A stretch of 54,895 bases of DNA from Vicinamibacterales bacterium (GCA_035547155.1 DASZVJ010000105.1:1-54895); one strand, 5' to 3'; positions 43,552 through 54,895 are shown, counted from the first letter of the stretch. Notes: generated by a model not told the origin, from the letters alone. Translations and numbers: made by a program.

Positions 43552-44143
43552 TCGCGACGTCGTGCGGCACGTCTGCCTCGAGGCGGCCGCGCTGCATCAG
43601 CGCATCGCCGAGATCGGCGCCGACGCCATCGTGAAGGCGGCCGGCGTGATTGGCGAGGCGCTGGCGTCGGGGCACAAGGTGCTGGTGTTCGGCAACGGCG
43701 GCAGTGCGGCCGATGCGCAACACTTCGCCGCGGAGCTGGTCGGGCAGTTCAGCCGGCGCGCCGATCGTCCCGCGCTGCCGGTGATGGCGCTGACGACGGA
43801 TCTGGCGATCATGACGGCGGTCGCCAACGATTTCGGGTTCGCGGCGGTGTACGCGCGTCAGATCGAGGCGCTCGGCACGGCCGGCGACGTGGCGCTGGCG
43901 ATCACGACCAGCGGCCGCTCGGCGAACGTGAACGAAGGCCTCCGATGGGCGCTCGATCGATCGTTGACGACGATCGCGTTGACCGGGGGCGATGGCGGGG
44001 AGAGCGGCCGTCTGGCGGACGTGCACGTCAACGTGCCGGACGGCAACCCGCAGCGCGTGCAGGAAGTGCAGCAGACGATCCTGCACGTGATCTGCGAGCT
44101 GGTCGAGCGGCGGCTCGCGGGGGCGCCGGGGCGAGAAGCGTGA
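43544..44143 (+). CDS. gmhA: SIS-domain protein, phosphoheptose (sedoheptulose-7-phosphate) isomerase GmhA-like (DiaA-like not excluded)
   Basis: KVLVFGNGGSAADAQHFAAELVG, MALTTD, NDFGF..VYARQIEALG..GDVALAITTSGRSANV, ALTGGDGG and RVQEVQQTILHVICE. The GTG at 43544 places GNGGS at about residue 50, as in E. coli GmhA. The gene overlaps nuoC by 8 nt and ends 3 nt before nuoD. An alternative in-frame start lies at 43502. Confidence 0.75.
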   Translation: MTDRDVVRHVCLEAAALHQRIAEIGADAIVKAAGVIGEALASGHKVLVFGNGGSAADAQHFAAELVGQFSRRADRPALPVMALTTDLAIMTAVANDFGFAAVYARQIEALGTAGDVALAITTSGRSANVNEGLRWALDRSLTTIALTGGDGGESGRLADVHVNVPDGNPQRVQEVQQTILHVICELVERRLAGAPGREA

Positions 44144-44146
44144 GAC

Positions 44147-45334
44147 ATGCCTGAGATTCGCACCGAAACGATGACCGTCAACATGGGGCCGCAGCACCCC
44201 AGCACGCACGGCGTGCTGCGCCTCGTGCTGGAGCTCGACGGCGAGACGATCGTCTCGCTCGATCCGACGATCGGCTTCCTGCACACGGGCATCGAGAAGA
44301 CCGCCGAGCAGAAGAAGTGGCAGCAGGTGATCCCGCTCGTCGAGCGCATGGACTACCTGGGCCCGCAGTCGAACAGCCTGGCGTTCTGCTTGTCGGTGGA
44401 GCGGCTGCTCGGCATCGAGAGCACCATTCCCGATCGCGTGACGTACATCCGCGTGCTCATCGCGGAGCTGCAGCGGCTCAGCAGTCACCTCGTCTGGCTC
44501 GGCACGCATGGCATGGAGATCGGCGCGATCTCCGTGATGATGTACTGCTTCCGCGAGCGCGAGCAGCTGCTCAACATCAACGAGATGCTCGCCGGTTTCC
44601 GCATGTTCCCGAGCTACATGCGAATCGGCGGCCTACGCGAGGATCTGCCGCGCGGCTTCCACGAGGCCGTCACGGCGTTTCTCGACAAGTTCCCGGGCAA
44701 GCTGGACGAGTACGAGAAGCTGCTGACGAAGAACAACGTGTGGCTGAAGCGCACGAAAGGCGTCGGCAAGCTATCGCGCGAGGACACGATCGCGATGAGC
44801 CTGGTCGGTCCGATCGCGCGCGCCGTCGGCATCCCGTACGACGTGCGCAAGATGTTCCCGTACCTCAAGTACGACACGTTCGACTTCAGCGTGCCAACGG
44901 CGACCGACGGTGACGTCTTCGCGCGCTACACGGTCAAGGTCGCGGAGATGCGGCAGAGCGTGAAGATTGCCAAGCAGGCGCTCGAGCGCATCTCGCCGAC
45001 GGGCAAGTTCGACTGCGGCGACTACCGCATCGTCCCGCCGCCGAAGGATCGCGTGTACACGGAAATGGAAGCGCTCATCCAGCACTTCCTGCTGTACTCG
45101 CAGGGGTTCAACGTGCCGGCCGGCGAGGCGTACGTGCCGGTCGAAGGGCCGCGCGGCGAGCACGGGTTCTACATCGTGTCGGATGGCGCGAACCGTCCGA
45201 TCCGCGTGAAGGCGCGCGCGCCGTCGCTCATGGCGGTGCAGGGGCTGTCGAAGATGGTCGTCGGCGGCCTCGTCGCGGACTTGATCGCGATCATCGGCTC
45301 GACGGACGTCGTCATGGGAGATGTGGATCGATGA
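44147..45334 (+). CDS. nuoD: NADH-quinone oxidoreductase subunit D
   Basis: MGPQHPSTHGVLRL, GFLHTGIEK, ERMDY, RIGG and PRGE.G.YIVSDG. Confidence 0.95.
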   Translation: MPEIRTETMTVNMGPQHPSTHGVLRLVLELDGETIVSLDPTIGFLHTGIEKTAEQKKWQQVIPLVERMDYLGPQSNSLAFCLSVERLLGIESTIPDRVTYIRVLIAELQRLSSHLVWLGTHGMEIGAISVMMYCFREREQLLNINEMLAGFRMFPSYMRIGGLREDLPRGFHEAVTAFLDKFPGKLDEYEKLLTKNNVWLKRTKGVGKLSREDTIAMSLVGPIARAVGIPYDVRKMFPYLKYDTFDFSVPTATDGDVFARYTVKVAEMRQSVKIAKQALERISPTGKFDCGDYRIVPPPKDRVYTEMEALIQHFLLYSQGFNVPAGEAYVPVEGPRGEHGFYIVSDGANRPIRVKARAPSLMAVQGLSKMVVGGLVADLIAIIGSTDVVMGDVDR

Positions 45335-45939
45335 GCTTTCATCCCGCCATGGACTACGGGCGTGGGCGCCACCAGTCCGCGCGCGCGCTGCCGGAAGAGG
45401 GACCGGCGTTCGTCTACACGGCAGAGAACCGCGCGAAGCTCGACGAGATCTGCGCGCGCTATCCACCTGAACGGCGCAAGTCGGCCATCCTCGCCGCGCT
45501 CTATCTCGCACAGCACCAGCAGGGCTATCTCACGCGCAACGCGATGCGCCACGTCGCCGAGGCGATCGGCTGCACGGCTGCAGAGGTCGAGGACGTCGTC
45601 ACGTACTACACGATGTTCTACACGCGGCCGGTCGGGAAGTACGTGCTGACCGTCTGCCGTACGCTCTCCTGCGCGCTGATGGGCGCCGAGCGCGTCACCG
45701 AAGAGCTGGCCGAGGCGCTGGGCGTCAAGCCCGGTGAGACCGACGCGTCCGGCACGTTCACGCTGCACGAGGTCGAGTGCCTCGGCGCGTGCGATCGCGC
45801 GCCGGTCATCGGCGTCAACGATCACTGGCAGGAGTGCCAGAAGCCGGAGGACGTCCGCGCGCTCATCGACGGTCTGCGAAAGAATGGGCCGTCCGTGCTG
45901 ACCGGCTGTCACTTGAAGGTCGCGGGAGAGACACGATGA
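45331..45939 (+). CDS. nuoE: NADH-quinone oxidoreductase subunit E
   Basis: SAILAALYLAQ, VCRTLSCALMGA and VECLGACDRAPV (the 2Fe-2S cysteines). ATGA overlap with nuoD. Confidence 0.9.
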   Translation: MSFHPAMDYGRGRHQSARALPEEGPAFVYTAENRAKLDEICARYPPERRKSAILAALYLAQHQQGYLTRNAMRHVAEAIGCTAAEVEDVVTYYTMFYTRPVGKYVLTVCRTLSCALMGAERVTEELAEALGVKPGETDASGTFTLHEVECLGACDRAPVIGVNDHWQECQKPEDVRALIDGLRKNGPSVLTGCHLKVAGETR

Positions 45940-47249
45940 GCATGGAACCGCTGCTCACGCGGTACGTCCGCGAGCCCAACAGCTTCACGCTCGATTTCTA
46001 CACGCAGCATGGCGGATACAACGCCCTCCGCAAAGCGCTCGGCATGACGCCCGATGCGGTGATCGACACCGTGAAAGCGTCCGGGCTGCGCGGCCGCGGC
46101 GGCGCGGGCTTTCCGACCGGCATGAAGTGGCAGTTCGTCGACAAGAAGTCGGCGAAGCCGCGCTACATCTGCTGCAACGCGGACGAGAGCGAGCCCGGCA
46201 CGTTCAAGGATCACGTGCTGATGGAGCGCAACCCGCACCTGCTGTTCGAGGGCTGCCTCATCGGCTGCTACGCGATCGGCGCGAAGGTCGCTTACATCTA
46301 CATCCGCGGCGAGTTCTACCACGTGCAGGAAGTGCTCGAGGCCGAGCTCGCCAAGGCGCGCGCCGCGGGCTTCGTGGGCAAGAACATCTTCGGCTCGGGC
46401 TTCGACTGCGAGATCTACGTCCATCGCGGCGCCGGCGCGTACGAAGCGGGCGAGGAGACGGCGCTCATCGAATCGCTCGAGGGCAAGCGCGCGCAGCCGC
46501 GGCTGAAGCCGCCGTTCCCGGCCGTCGAAGGCCTCTACAACTGTCCGACGGCGGTCAACAACGTCGAGACGCTCTGCAACGTGCCGCTCATCATCGAGCA
46601 CGGCGCGGAGTGGTACGCCAAGCTCGGCCCGGAGAAGAACGGCGGACCGAAGCTCTACTGCATCAGCGGCCACGTCAAGCGGCCAGGCGTCTACGAAGCG
46701 TCGATGTCGACGACGCTGCGCGAGCTCGTGTACGACGACAAGTTCGGCGGCGGCATCCGCAACGGCCACGCGCTCAAGTGCGTGATCCCCGGCGGATCGT
46801 CCGTGCCCGTCCTCCTGCCCGATCAGCTCGACATTCCGGCCAGCTTCGACGGGGTCGCCGCGGCCGGCTCGCTCCTCGGATCGGCCGGCATCATCGTCAT
46901 GGACGAGACGACGTGCATGGTGTGGGCGGCGGAGAACCTGCTGCATTTCTACCGTCACGAGTCGTGCGGCAAGTGCACGCCGTGCCGCGAGGGCGGTGCG
47001 TGGCTGCACAACATCCTCGGCAAGATCGAGCGCGGTGAAGGGCAGATGAAAGATCTCGATCTGCTGCTCTCGATTGCGGGCAACATCACGGGCAAGACGC
47101 TCTGCGCGTTCGGCGATGCGGCCGCGACGCCGGTGCTGACGACGGTGAAGACGTTCCGCGCCGAGTACGAGGCGCACATTCGTGAAGGCCGGTGCACGGT
47201 GCCGGCGGACTGGCGCGCGTCGCGCCGCGTCCTGACGGCGGCCCACTAG
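45936..47249 (+). CDS. nuoF: NADH-quinone oxidoreductase subunit F
   Basis: GLRGRGGAGFPTG.KW, CNADESEPGTFKD, GAGAYEAGEETALIESLEG and ESCGKCTPCREG. ATGA overlap with nuoE. Confidence 0.95.
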   Translation: MSMEPLLTRYVREPNSFTLDFYTQHGGYNALRKALGMTPDAVIDTVKASGLRGRGGAGFPTGMKWQFVDKKSAKPRYICCNADESEPGTFKDHVLMERNPHLLFEGCLIGCYAIGAKVAYIYIRGEFYHVQEVLEAELAKARAAGFVGKNIFGSGFDCEIYVHRGAGAYEAGEETALIESLEGKRAQPRLKPPFPAVEGLYNCPTAVNNVETLCNVPLIIEHGAEWYAKLGPEKNGGPKLYCISGHVKRPGVYEASMSTTLRELVYDDKFGGGIRNGHALKCVIPGGSSVPVLLPDQLDIPASFDGVAAAGSLLGSAGIIVMDETTCMVWAAENLLHFYRHESCGKCTPCREGGAWLHNILGKIERGEGQMKDLDLLLSIAGNITGKTLCAFGDAAATPVLTTVKTFRAEYEAHIREGRCTVPADWRASRRVLTAAH

Positions 47250-47251
47250 TC

Positions 47252-48289
47252 ATGCCATTCGGAATCACCCCCGAGCTCATCGCGAACCTCGGCGTCATCG
47301 TCGTCGTCTTCTTCGCGCTGCAGATTTCCGCGGCCGTGCTCGTCTACATGGAGCGCAAGGTCGCCGCGTTCGTCCAGCAGCGCTTCGGTCCGTATCTGGT
47401 CGGGCCGCGCGGCATGATGCAGCCGCTGGCGGACATCGTCAAACTCCTGTTCAAAGAGGAGCTGCGGCCGAAGTCCGCCGATCCGATCCTGTTCTACGTC
47501 GCGCCGGTGCTGAGCGCGGTCGCGGCGTTCGCGGCGTTCGCGGTCGTCCCGTTCGGCGCGGATACGACGTTCTTCGGCCTGCTCGATCGTCCGATCCATC
47601 TCGCGGCGGCGGACGTCAACGTCGGCCTGCTCGTGATCTTCGCGATCACGTCGATGGGCGTGTACGGGATTGTGCTGGCCGGATGGGCGTCGAACAGCAA
47701 GTACTCGCTGCTCGGCGGGCTGCGCTCGTCGGCGCAGATGATCAGCTACGAGATCTCGTACGGGCTGTCGTTCGCGGCCGTGATCATGCTGGCCGGATCG
47801 CTCTCGCTCGGGCACATCGTCGATCAGCAGGCCGGCTACTGGTTCGGGTTCATCCCGCGCTGGTTCATCTTCCTGCAGCCGCTCGGCTTCTTCATCTTCC
47901 TGACGGCCGGCGTCGCGGAGACGAACCGCGCGCCATTCGACTTCCCGGAAGCGGAGCAGGAGCTCGTCGCGGGCTATCACACCGAGTACAGCTCGATGAG
48001 CTTCGCGCTGTTCTTCCTGGCCGAGTACGTGAACATGGTCACCGTCTCGGCCGTCGCGACGGACCTGTTCCTCGGCGGCTGGCACGGCCCGTTCCTGCCG
48101 GAGTGGCTCGGCTGGATCTGGTTCCTGATCAAGCTGTTCGCGATTCTGTTCTTCTACATCTGGATGCGCTGGACGTTGCCGCGGTACCGCTACGACCAGT
48201 TGATGGAGTTCGGCTGGAAGTATCTGCTTCCGGCCGCGGTGATCAACCTGCTGGTCACGGCCTTCGTGGTCGTGTACTACGGCTTCTAG
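47252..48289 (+). CDS. nuoH: NADH-quinone oxidoreductase subunit H
   Basis: [72 protein letters not shown] and RYRYDQLM. The start lies 2 nt after the nuoF stop. Confidence 0.95.
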   Translation: MPFGITPELIANLGVIVVVFFALQISAAVLVYMERKVAAFVQQRFGPYLVGPRGMMQPLADIVKLLFKEELRPKSADPILFYVAPVLSAVAAFAAFAVVPFGADTTFFGLLDRPIHLAAADVNVGLLVIFAITSMGVYGIVLAGWASNSKYSLLGGLRSSAQMISYEISYGLSFAAVIMLAGSLSLGHIVDQQAGYWFGFIPRWFIFLQPLGFFIFLTAGVAETNRAPFDFPEAEQELVAGYHTEYSSMSFALFFLAEYVNMVTVSAVATDLFLGGWHGPFLPEWLGWIWFLIKLFAILFFYIWMRWTLPRYRYDQLMEFGWKYLLPAAVINLLVTAFVVVYYGF

Positions 48290-48297
48290 AGCAGCTC

Positions 48298-48807
48298 ATG
48301 GACGCCCTTTTCTTCTGGATTCTCGCAGCCGGCGCGGTGGTGGCCTCGCTGCTCGTCATCGGGCAGCGCAACCCGATGTACAGCGTGCTGCTGCTGATCG
48401 TCTCGTTCGGCGCGCTGTCGGGCCTCTACATCCTGCTCGGCGCGCCGTTCGTCGCCGCGATTCAGATCATCATCTACGCCGGCGCCATCATGGTGCTCTT
48501 CCTCTTCGTCGTCATGCTGCTGAACGTGCCGACGGAGACGCCGCAGGAGGGCCGGCTGCGCCTGCTCACCGGCGCGGGGCCGCGACGGTTCGGCGCCGTG
48601 CTCTCGGTCGTGTTCATCGGCGAGCTGGCGTGGGCGTTCAGGCGCATCCAGGCCGCGGCGCTGCCCTCGGGCGCGCCGGAGACGAGCGTCCACGCGATCG
48701 GCCTGAAGCTGTACCGCGACTACGCGTTCGCGTTCGAAGCGACGTCGGTGCTGATCCTCGTGGCGATGGTCGGCGCGGTCATCCTGGCGCGGAAGGAAAC
48801 GAAGTGA
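48298..48807 (+). CDS. nuoJ: NADH-quinone oxidoreductase subunit J
   Basis: [51 protein letters not shown]. Confidence 0.9.
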   Translation: MDALFFWILAAGAVVASLLVIGQRNPMYSVLLLIVSFGALSGLYILLGAPFVAAIQIIIYAGAIMVLFLFVVMLLNVPTETPQEGRLRLLTGAGPRRFGAVLSVVFIGELAWAFRRIQAAALPSGAPETSVHAIGLKLYRDYAFAFEATSVLILVAMVGAVILARKETK

Positions 48808-49115
48808 TCCCGGAGCCCACGTTCAACTCGTATCTGATCCTGTCGGCCGTGCTGTTCTCGATCGGCACGGCGGGCGTGTTCCTGCGGCGCAATCTGATCA
48901 CGATCCTGCTGTCGGTCGAGGTGATGCTCAACGCGGTGAACCTCACCTTCGTGGCCGCCGATCGCTTCTTCCAGACCGTCGACGGGCAGATCATCGTGTT
49001 CTTCGTCATGACCGTCGCGGCCGCGGAGGCCGCCGTCGGCCTGGCGATCATCATCGCGCTGTTCCGGCACAAGGAAACGCTCAATCCGGACGCCTTCACG
49101 TCGTTGAAGTGGTGA
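48804..49115 (+). CDS. nuoK: NADH-quinone oxidoreductase subunit K
   Basis: [34 protein letters not shown] and [17 protein letters not shown]. The GTG start overlaps the nuoJ stop (GTGA). Confidence 0.9.
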   Translation: MIPEPTFNSYLILSAVLFSIGTAGVFLRRNLITILLSVEVMLNAVNLTFVAADRFFQTVDGQIIVFFVMTVAAAEAAVGLAIIIALFRHKETLNPDAFTSLKW

Positions 49116-49119
49116 CCGC

Positions 49120-51144
<2,025 letters not shown>

Positions 51145-51187
51145 ACGCGTGTCTTCGCGCCGTCAGCGGCGGCGAAGCCGGCCTCGG

Positions 51188-51265
51188 CAAGTTCGACGTT
51201 CGACAAGCTCACGTCGCCCCGAGCCTGTCGAGGGACGAAGTTCGAAGTTCGAAGTTCGAAGTTTC
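51188..51265. repeat. GAAGTTC-family heptamer repeats inside the nuoL-nuoM spacer
   Basis: caagttc gacgttc gac... and gaagttc gaagttc gaagttc gaagttt. This 133-nt gap contrasts with spacers of 27 nt or less at all other nuo junctions. Confidence 0.9.
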
Positions 51266-51277
51266 GTGGGAGGCCGC

Positions 51278-52885
51278 GTGCTGACGTCTCTCGTCGTGCT
51301 GCCGATCATCGGCGGCCTGCTCGTCCTGCTTCTCGGCAAGGGCCGCGACGGCCTGGCGCGGCAGCTTGCGCTGGCCGTCTCGCTCGTGGTGTTCGCCATC
51401 AGCGTCGCGATCTGGGCGCGCTTCGATGCGTCGCCGACGGCGGCCGCGTACCAGTTCGTGGAGCAGCACAGCTGGCTGCCGGACTTCGGCATCTCGTACC
51501 ACGTCGGCATCGACGGCATCAGCCTGCTGCTCGTGGTCCTGACGACGTTTCTGACGCCGATCGCGCTGCTGTGCTCGTGGGAATCGGTCGACGAGCGCGT
51601 GAAGGAGTTCTCGTTCTTCATGCTGCTGCTCGAGGCGGCGATGATCGGCGTGTTCGTCTCGCTCGATCTGTTCCTGTTCTACGTGTTCTGGGACGCGATG
51701 CTGATCCCGATGTACTTCCTGATCGGCATCTGGGGCTACGACCGGCGCATCTACGCGAGCATCAAGTTCCTGCTCTACACGATGGCCGGTAGCGTGCTCA
51801 TGCTCCTGGCGATCATCTGGATCGCGTACTACCATCGCGCGGTCACCGGCGTGCCGAGCTTCGATCTCACGGACCTGCTCGCGCTGAACGTGCCGGCCTC
51901 CGTGCAGACGTGGCTCTTCCTCGCGTTCGCCGTGGCGTTCGCGATCAAAGTGCCGCTGTTCCCGTTCCACACGTGGCTGCCGGACGCGCACGTCCAGGCA
52001 CCCACGGCCGGCTCCGTCATCCTCGCCGGCGTGCTGCTGAAGATGGGCACGTACGGCCTGCTGCGATTCGCGTTCCCGCTCTTCCCGCAGGCGGCCGCGT
52101 ACTTCACGCCGTGGATCGCCGTGCTGGCCGTCATCGGCATCGTCTATGGCGCACTGGTGGCGATGGTGCAGCCGGACATGAAGAAGCTGGTGGCGTACTC
52201 GTCGGTGAGCCACCTCGGCGTCGTCGTGCTCGGACTCTGCGCGTTGACGATCACCGGCGTGCAGGGCGCCGTCTATCAGATGCTCGCGCACGGCATCTCG
52301 ACCGGCGGGCTCTTCCTCATCGTCGGCATGCTCTCCGATCGCCGGCACACGCGCCTGATTGCGGAGTTCGGCGGCTTGAAGGCCGTCATGCCGAAGCTCG
52401 TCGGCGCGTTCCTGCTCGTGACGCTCGCGTCGATTGCGCTGCCAGGCACGAACGGCTTCATCGGCGAGTTCCTGATTCTGATCGGCACGTTCACGAGCCA
52501 CACGCTCGATCGCGCGCACGTGTTCGCCGCGATCGCGGCGACGGGCGTGATCTGGTCGGCCGTCTACATGCTCTGGATGTTCCAGCGCGTGAACTACGGG
52601 CCGGTGACGAACGACAAGAACCGCGGCCTGCGCGATCTGAGCGTGCGCGAGTGGCTCGTGATCGCGCCGATCTGCGCGATGGCCATCGTCATGGGCGTCG
52701 TGCCGGGGATTTTCCTGAAGCCGATGGAGCCGGCCGTGCGCCGCACCGTCGAGCACATCGTCGCGTCGCCAGGACCGGTCAACGCGGGGCTGCGTGCGAC
52801 GATGCCGGCGTTGGGCGTGCCGGCGCCAGCGGCATCCGAGGCGGAACGTGCTGACGCGGCGCCGATGACCGCGTCCGCGCGCTGA
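51278..52885 (+). CDS. nuoM: NADH-quinone oxidoreductase subunit M
   Basis: GIDGISLLLVVLT, FYVFWDAMLIPMYFLIG.WG, KVPLFPFHTWLPDAHVQAPTAGSVILAGVLLKMG and AYSSVSHLG. GTG 51278 is preceded by gggagg (51268-51273). Confidence 0.9.
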   Translation: MLTSLVVLPIIGGLLVLLLGKGRDGLARQLALAVSLVVFAISVAIWARFDASPTAAAYQFVEQHSWLPDFGISYHVGIDGISLLLVVLTTFLTPIALLCSWESVDERVKEFSFFMLLLEAAMIGVFVSLDLFLFYVFWDAMLIPMYFLIGIWGYDRRIYASIKFLLYTMAGSVLMLLAIIWIAYYHRAVTGVPSFDLTDLLALNVPASVQTWLFLAFAVAFAIKVPLFPFHTWLPDAHVQAPTAGSVILAGVLLKMGTYGLLRFAFPLFPQAAAYFTPWIAVLAVIGIVYGALVAMVQPDMKKLVAYSSVSHLGVVVLGLCALTITGVQGAVYQMLAHGISTGGLFLIVGMLSDRRHTRLIAEFGGLKAVMPKLVGAFLLVTLASIALPGTNGFIGEFLILIGTFTSHTLDRAHVFAAIAATGVIWSAVYMLWMFQRVNYGPVTNDKNRGLRDLSVREWLVIAPICAMAIVMGVVPGIFLKPMEPAVRRTVEHIVASPGPVNAGLRATMPALGVPAPAASEAERADAAPMTASAR

Positions 52886-52890
52886 CATCC

Positions 52891-54327
52891 ATGCTGAACC
52901 AGATCATCCCCATCGTTCCCGTCCTGATCGTCGCGCTGTCGGCGTGCGCGGTGCTGCTGGCCGAGGCGTTCCGCCGGCAGGGTGATTGGATGCCGGTCGG
53001 CTGGCTCGGGCTCATCGGCCTGGCCGGCGGCATCGTGACGTCGATCTCACTGTGGGATCGCAACGCGACGGGCTTCGGCGTCATCACGCTCGACAACTAC
53101 GCGCTGTTCTTCAACGTGACGATCTGCGCCATCGGCGCGCTGACGATCCTCTTGTCGTCCGGCACCGCCGAGCGCGATCAGCTGCCGACGGGGGAGTACT
53201 ACGCGCTGATGCTCTTCTCGCTCGCGGGCATGATGCTGATGGGATCGACGCGCGATCTGCTCGTCATCTTCGTCGCGCTCGAGATCATGTCGCTCGGCGT
53301 CTACGTGCTGACCGGGATCAAGCGGACGAGCGAACAAGGCGCCGAGGCCGCGTTCAAATACTTCGTCATGGGCGCGTTCTCCAGCGCGTTCTTCCTCTAC
53401 GGCATCGCGCTCGCGTACGCGGTCACCGGCACGACGAAGCTCGACGAGATCGGGCTGCGCGTGGCCGGCGCCGTCAACGATCCGAACATCCTGCTGATCC
53501 TCGCGATGGTGATGCTGCTCGTCGGCTTCGCCTTCAAGGTCTCGGCCGTGCCGTTCCACATGTGGACGCCGGACGCGTATCAGGGCGCGCCCACGCTCGT
53601 GACCGGCTTCATGTCGACCGGCATCAAGGCCGCGGCGTTCGCCGCGTTCGTTCGCGTGTTCCTCTCGTCGTTCGAGCCGCTGCGCGGCGACTGGATGCCG
53701 ATGCTCTCGGCGATCGCCGGCCTGACGATGATCCTCGGGACCGTCGTCGGCGTGGCGCAGTCGAGCGTCAAGCGCATGCTCGCGTACTCCAGCATCGCGC
53801 ACGCCGGCTACCTGCTCGTCGGGCTCATTGCTGCGAGCTCGGCGGGGAAGGCGTCGATCCTCTTCTATCTCGTGGCCTACGCCGTGACCAACCTCGGTGC
53901 GTTCGGCGTGCTCGCCGCGCTCTCGACGCCCGATCGGCCGCACGACGACATCCGCGATTTCGCGGGTCTCTGGCGCGAGCGACCCGGCCTGGCCGGGCTG
54001 CTGACCGTGTTCCTGCTCTCGCTCGGCGGCTTCCCGCCGACCGTCGGCTTCGTCGCGAAGTGGTACATCTTCAACGCGGCGATCCAGGAGAACCTGATCG
54101 GCCTCGCCGTGTTGGGCGTGCTCACGAGCGTCGTCTCGGTCTTCTTCTACTTCCGCATCATCGTGCAGATGTACATGTCCGACGAGACCGCGCCCGGTCA
54201 TCGGCCGCGCGTGCCGGCCGTCGCGCTCGCCGGCATGCTCATCGCGCTCGTCGTCGTGTTCTACCTGGGCATCGTGCCTGGACAGCTGCTGACGGCGGCC
54301 GCCGATTCGGTCGCGACGATTTTCTGA
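52891..54327 (+). CDS. nuoN: NADH-quinone oxidoreductase subunit N
   Basis: LEIMSLGVYVL, EAAFKYFVMGAFSSAFFLYG, KVSAVPFHMWTPDAYQGAPT and AYSSIAHAGY. Confidence 0.95.
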   Translation: MLNQIIPIVPVLIVALSACAVLLAEAFRRQGDWMPVGWLGLIGLAGGIVTSISLWDRNATGFGVITLDNYALFFNVTICAIGALTILLSSGTAERDQLPTGEYYALMLFSLAGMMLMGSTRDLLVIFVALEIMSLGVYVLTGIKRTSEQGAEAAFKYFVMGAFSSAFFLYGIALAYAVTGTTKLDEIGLRVAGAVNDPNILLILAMVMLLVGFAFKVSAVPFHMWTPDAYQGAPTLVTGFMSTGIKAAAFAAFVRVFLSSFEPLRGDWMPMLSAIAGLTMILGTVVGVAQSSVKRMLAYSSIAHAGYLLVGLIAASSAGKASILFYLVAYAVTNLGAFGVLAALSTPDRPHDDIRDFAGLWRERPGLAGLLTVFLLSLGGFPPTVGFVAKWYIFNAAIQENLIGLAVLGVLTSVVSVFFYFRIIVQMYMSDETAPGHRPRVPAVALAGMLIALVVVFYLGIVPGQLLTAAADSVATIF

Positions 54328-54409
54328 ACGCGCACGTCAGGCCCGCGCGACGGCTGCGTTGCGGGCACCGGCGTGACGCGATACGATCCCGCCGCACTCC
54401 ACGTTTGTC

Positions 54410-54850
54410 ATGACGTCTCACACGCCGACCGATCGCGTGCTGCCCGACGAGCCGATCTACCGGCCGATCGAGCGCTTCTGGCCGTACGCCGAGCTGTCCG
54501 AGCAGCCGACCGAAGAGGAGCTCGCGCGCCTGCATCCGGAGCTGCGCGAAGTGCTCTTCGGGGCGCCGTCGCTGCCGTTCTCGATCTCGATGGTCTTTCG
54601 CGCGTTCGACGGGCCGGATTATGAGCGCGCCGTCGCGATCGCGAAAGCGTCGGACGAGTACATCGAGACCGTCGTCGACGGCGTCACGCGCCACCGCGCA
54701 CGATTCTTTCCAGGCCCGCGAGCGCTCGATCTGCGCAATCTGTGGGAGATCGTCCACCGGTTTCCGGAGACGGAGGTCCTGCTCGACGATCGGCCGGTGC
54801 CGTACGCGAAAGAGCTCTGGCTGCCGTTGATCTGGTTGCTGATTTGGTGA
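54410..54850 (+). CDS. Hypothetical protein
   Basis: 146-aa ORF with a composition that looks like coding sequence. No recognisable motif. Hydrophobic C-terminal tail (LWLPLIWLLIW). Confidence 0.45.
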   Translation: MTSHTPTDRVLPDEPIYRPIERFWPYAELSEQPTEEELARLHPELREVLFGAPSLPFSISMVFRAFDGPDYERAVAIAKASDEYIETVVDGVTRHRARFFPGPRALDLRNLWEIVHRFPETEVLLDDRPVPYAKELWLPLIWLLIW

Positions 54851-54895
54851 GCGTGCGGGAGCGGCGAGGACCGGAGGCGGGGGAGGTTGAGGGAC

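Noticed and set aside
47249-48298. Hidden or frameshifted nuoG or nuoI between nuoF/nuoH and nuoH/nuoJ.
   Set aside because: The gaps are 2 nt and 8 nt. No alternative frame across nuoH shows Fe-S cysteine motifs. The absence from this locus therefore appears real.
54328-54409. Rho-independent terminator after nuoN (gcccgc...gcgggc).
   Set aside because: The stem is only 6 bp with a 14-nt loop and no U-tract, which is too weak to report as a feature.

Overview
This is a high-GC chromosomal segment (about 68-70% G+C by hand counts) from a Gram-negative bacterium. The taxon cannot be determined from the window; the composition and repeat style are compatible with Acidobacteriota or Gemmatimonadota-like genomes. 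All family assignments come from motif reading by eye, with no searches run.

Contents, left to right:
(1) A surface-polysaccharide locus. A CapD/PglF-type dehydratase is divergent from an 8-gene operon in which every junction is a 4-nt start/stop overlap: Wzx-like flippase, three GT4 glycosyltransferases, an SDR epimerase, and a predicted UDP-2-acetamido-2,6-dideoxy-L-hexose cassette.
(2) A fused PabB-PabC gene, a PilZ protein, an orphan ABC ATPase, a flavin reductase, and holB.
(3) tRNA-Val and tRNA-Asp.
(4) A tetR-tolC-emrA-pdxA-emrB operon.
(5) gmd, a GT2, and an LhgO-like flavoprotein.
(6) A secreted FG-GAP/TSP3 repeat protein and a membrane spermidine-synthase-like protein.
(7) thiG, a methyltransferase, and a WecA-like phosphoglycosyl transferase fused to a CapD N-terminal module.
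(8) smpB, a DegT aminotransferase, rmlD, thiS, and a GT4.
(9) A complex I operon, nuoABC-[gmhA-like]-DEF-H-JKLMN, that lacks nuoG and nuoI.

No CRISPR array, transposase, integrase or prophage genes were seen.

The most unusual signals:
(a) Almost every sizeable intergenic gap is filled by 7-8 nt tandem arrays from at least six unrelated motif families, often as inverted arms and sometimes fused to GC hairpins.
(b) A sedoheptulose-7-P isomerase-like SIS gene is translationally coupled inside the nuo operon, and nuoG and nuoI are missing from that operon.
(c) Several atypical domain fusions and gene placements occur, including pdxA inside an efflux operon and thiS overlapping a glycosyltransferase.
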